A stretch of DNA of 64,000 bases. It comes from Patescibacteria group bacterium. GTDB taxonomy: Bacteria; Patescibacteriota; Microgenomatia; Daviesbacterales; UBA10151. The DNA lies in assembly GCA_038064895.1 (NCBI GenBank), contig JBBTSA010000010.1, positions 118,616-182,615 on the forward strand. Reading direction: 5' to 3'. Of this stretch, positions 63,976 to 64,000 are shown piece after piece. Below the pieces are notes generated by a model that was not told the DNA's origin, did no database searches, and saw only the letters and a program-made list of their open reading frames with translations. Both the position numbers and the translations under genes were made by a program. The first letter of the stretch is position 1; every line of letters starts with the position of its first letter.

Positions 63976-64000
63976 AGAAAAAAGAAGTGGGTAGTTAACT

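Noticed and set aside
1-64000. CRISPR arrays, tRNA/rRNA genes, transposases, integrases or phage genes that would mark this as a mobile island
   Set aside because: I scanned the few intergenic regions (all under 75 nt) and the gene products. No cloverleaf-capable sequences, no regularly spaced direct repeats, and no DDE, tyrosine or serine recombinase signatures were found. The island boundaries, if any, are outside the window.
1-64000. Alternative genetic code (UGA or UAG recoding, as in some CPR lineages)
   Set aside because: All large genes give full-length, domain-complete proteins under the standard code, with termination at positions consistent with homolog lengths. No in-frame UGA-interrupted homolog fragments were noticed.

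Overview
The window is AT-rich (about 30% GC by eye), almost entirely coding, and contains about 55 tightly packed genes with frequent strand switches and overlapping stop/start codons. Nearly every gene points to extracytoplasmic glycan assembly. I found no rRNA, tRNA, CRISPR array, transposase or integrase, and no evidence for a non-standard genetic code.

1. Membrane glycosyltransferase candidates. At least 13 large polytopic membrane proteins fall into four paralogous families (here called A to D), plus one protein with an ArnT/PMT-like 'DE.RY' loop motif. The families have modified DXD-like first-loop motifs and C-terminal soluble domains, consistent with GT-C-type polyprenyl-phosphate-sugar-dependent glycosyltransferases. 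Five family-C paralogs sit in a near-tandem array, and the three family-A paralogs are each physically paired with a GT2 gene.

2. Soluble glycosyltransferases and modifying enzymes. There are about 10 GT2 (GT-A fold) and 3 GT4 (GT-B fold) glycosyltransferases. Seven SAM-dependent methyltransferases are present, including a Zn-ribbon sugar C-methyltransferase and a GT2-TM-methyltransferase fusion. An O-carbamoyltransferase is also present.

3. Nucleotide-sugar tailoring modules.
- An arn-like module for a formylated amino sugar: extended-SDR dehydratase/decarboxylase, DegT aminotransferase, formyltransferase, GtrB/ArnC-like GT2 and an ArnT-like GT-C.
- A WbpA/B/E/D-like route to a di-N-acetylated amino uronic acid.
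- A ColD/E1-like PMP 3-dehydratase, with His-His replacing the Schiff-base Lys, next to an Fcl/ColC-like synthase, suggesting a 3,6-dideoxyhexose such as colitose.
- An RmlD-like reductase.
- Two tandem sugar-1-phosphate nucleotidyltransferases flanked by a HAD phosphatase, a HIT protein and an IMPase-family phosphatase.
- A glycerophosphodiester phosphodiesterase.

The most novel signal is the large expansion of uncharacterised GT-C-like paralogs, especially the family-C tandem array interleaved with methyltransferases, together with the highly modified sugar repertoire (formylated, methylated, carbamoylated, dideoxy). This may represent an undescribed system that assembles or diversifies a surface or protein glycan, but I cannot name the acceptor or the polymer from sequence alone. 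All family assignments are from motif recognition by eye, not from searches.
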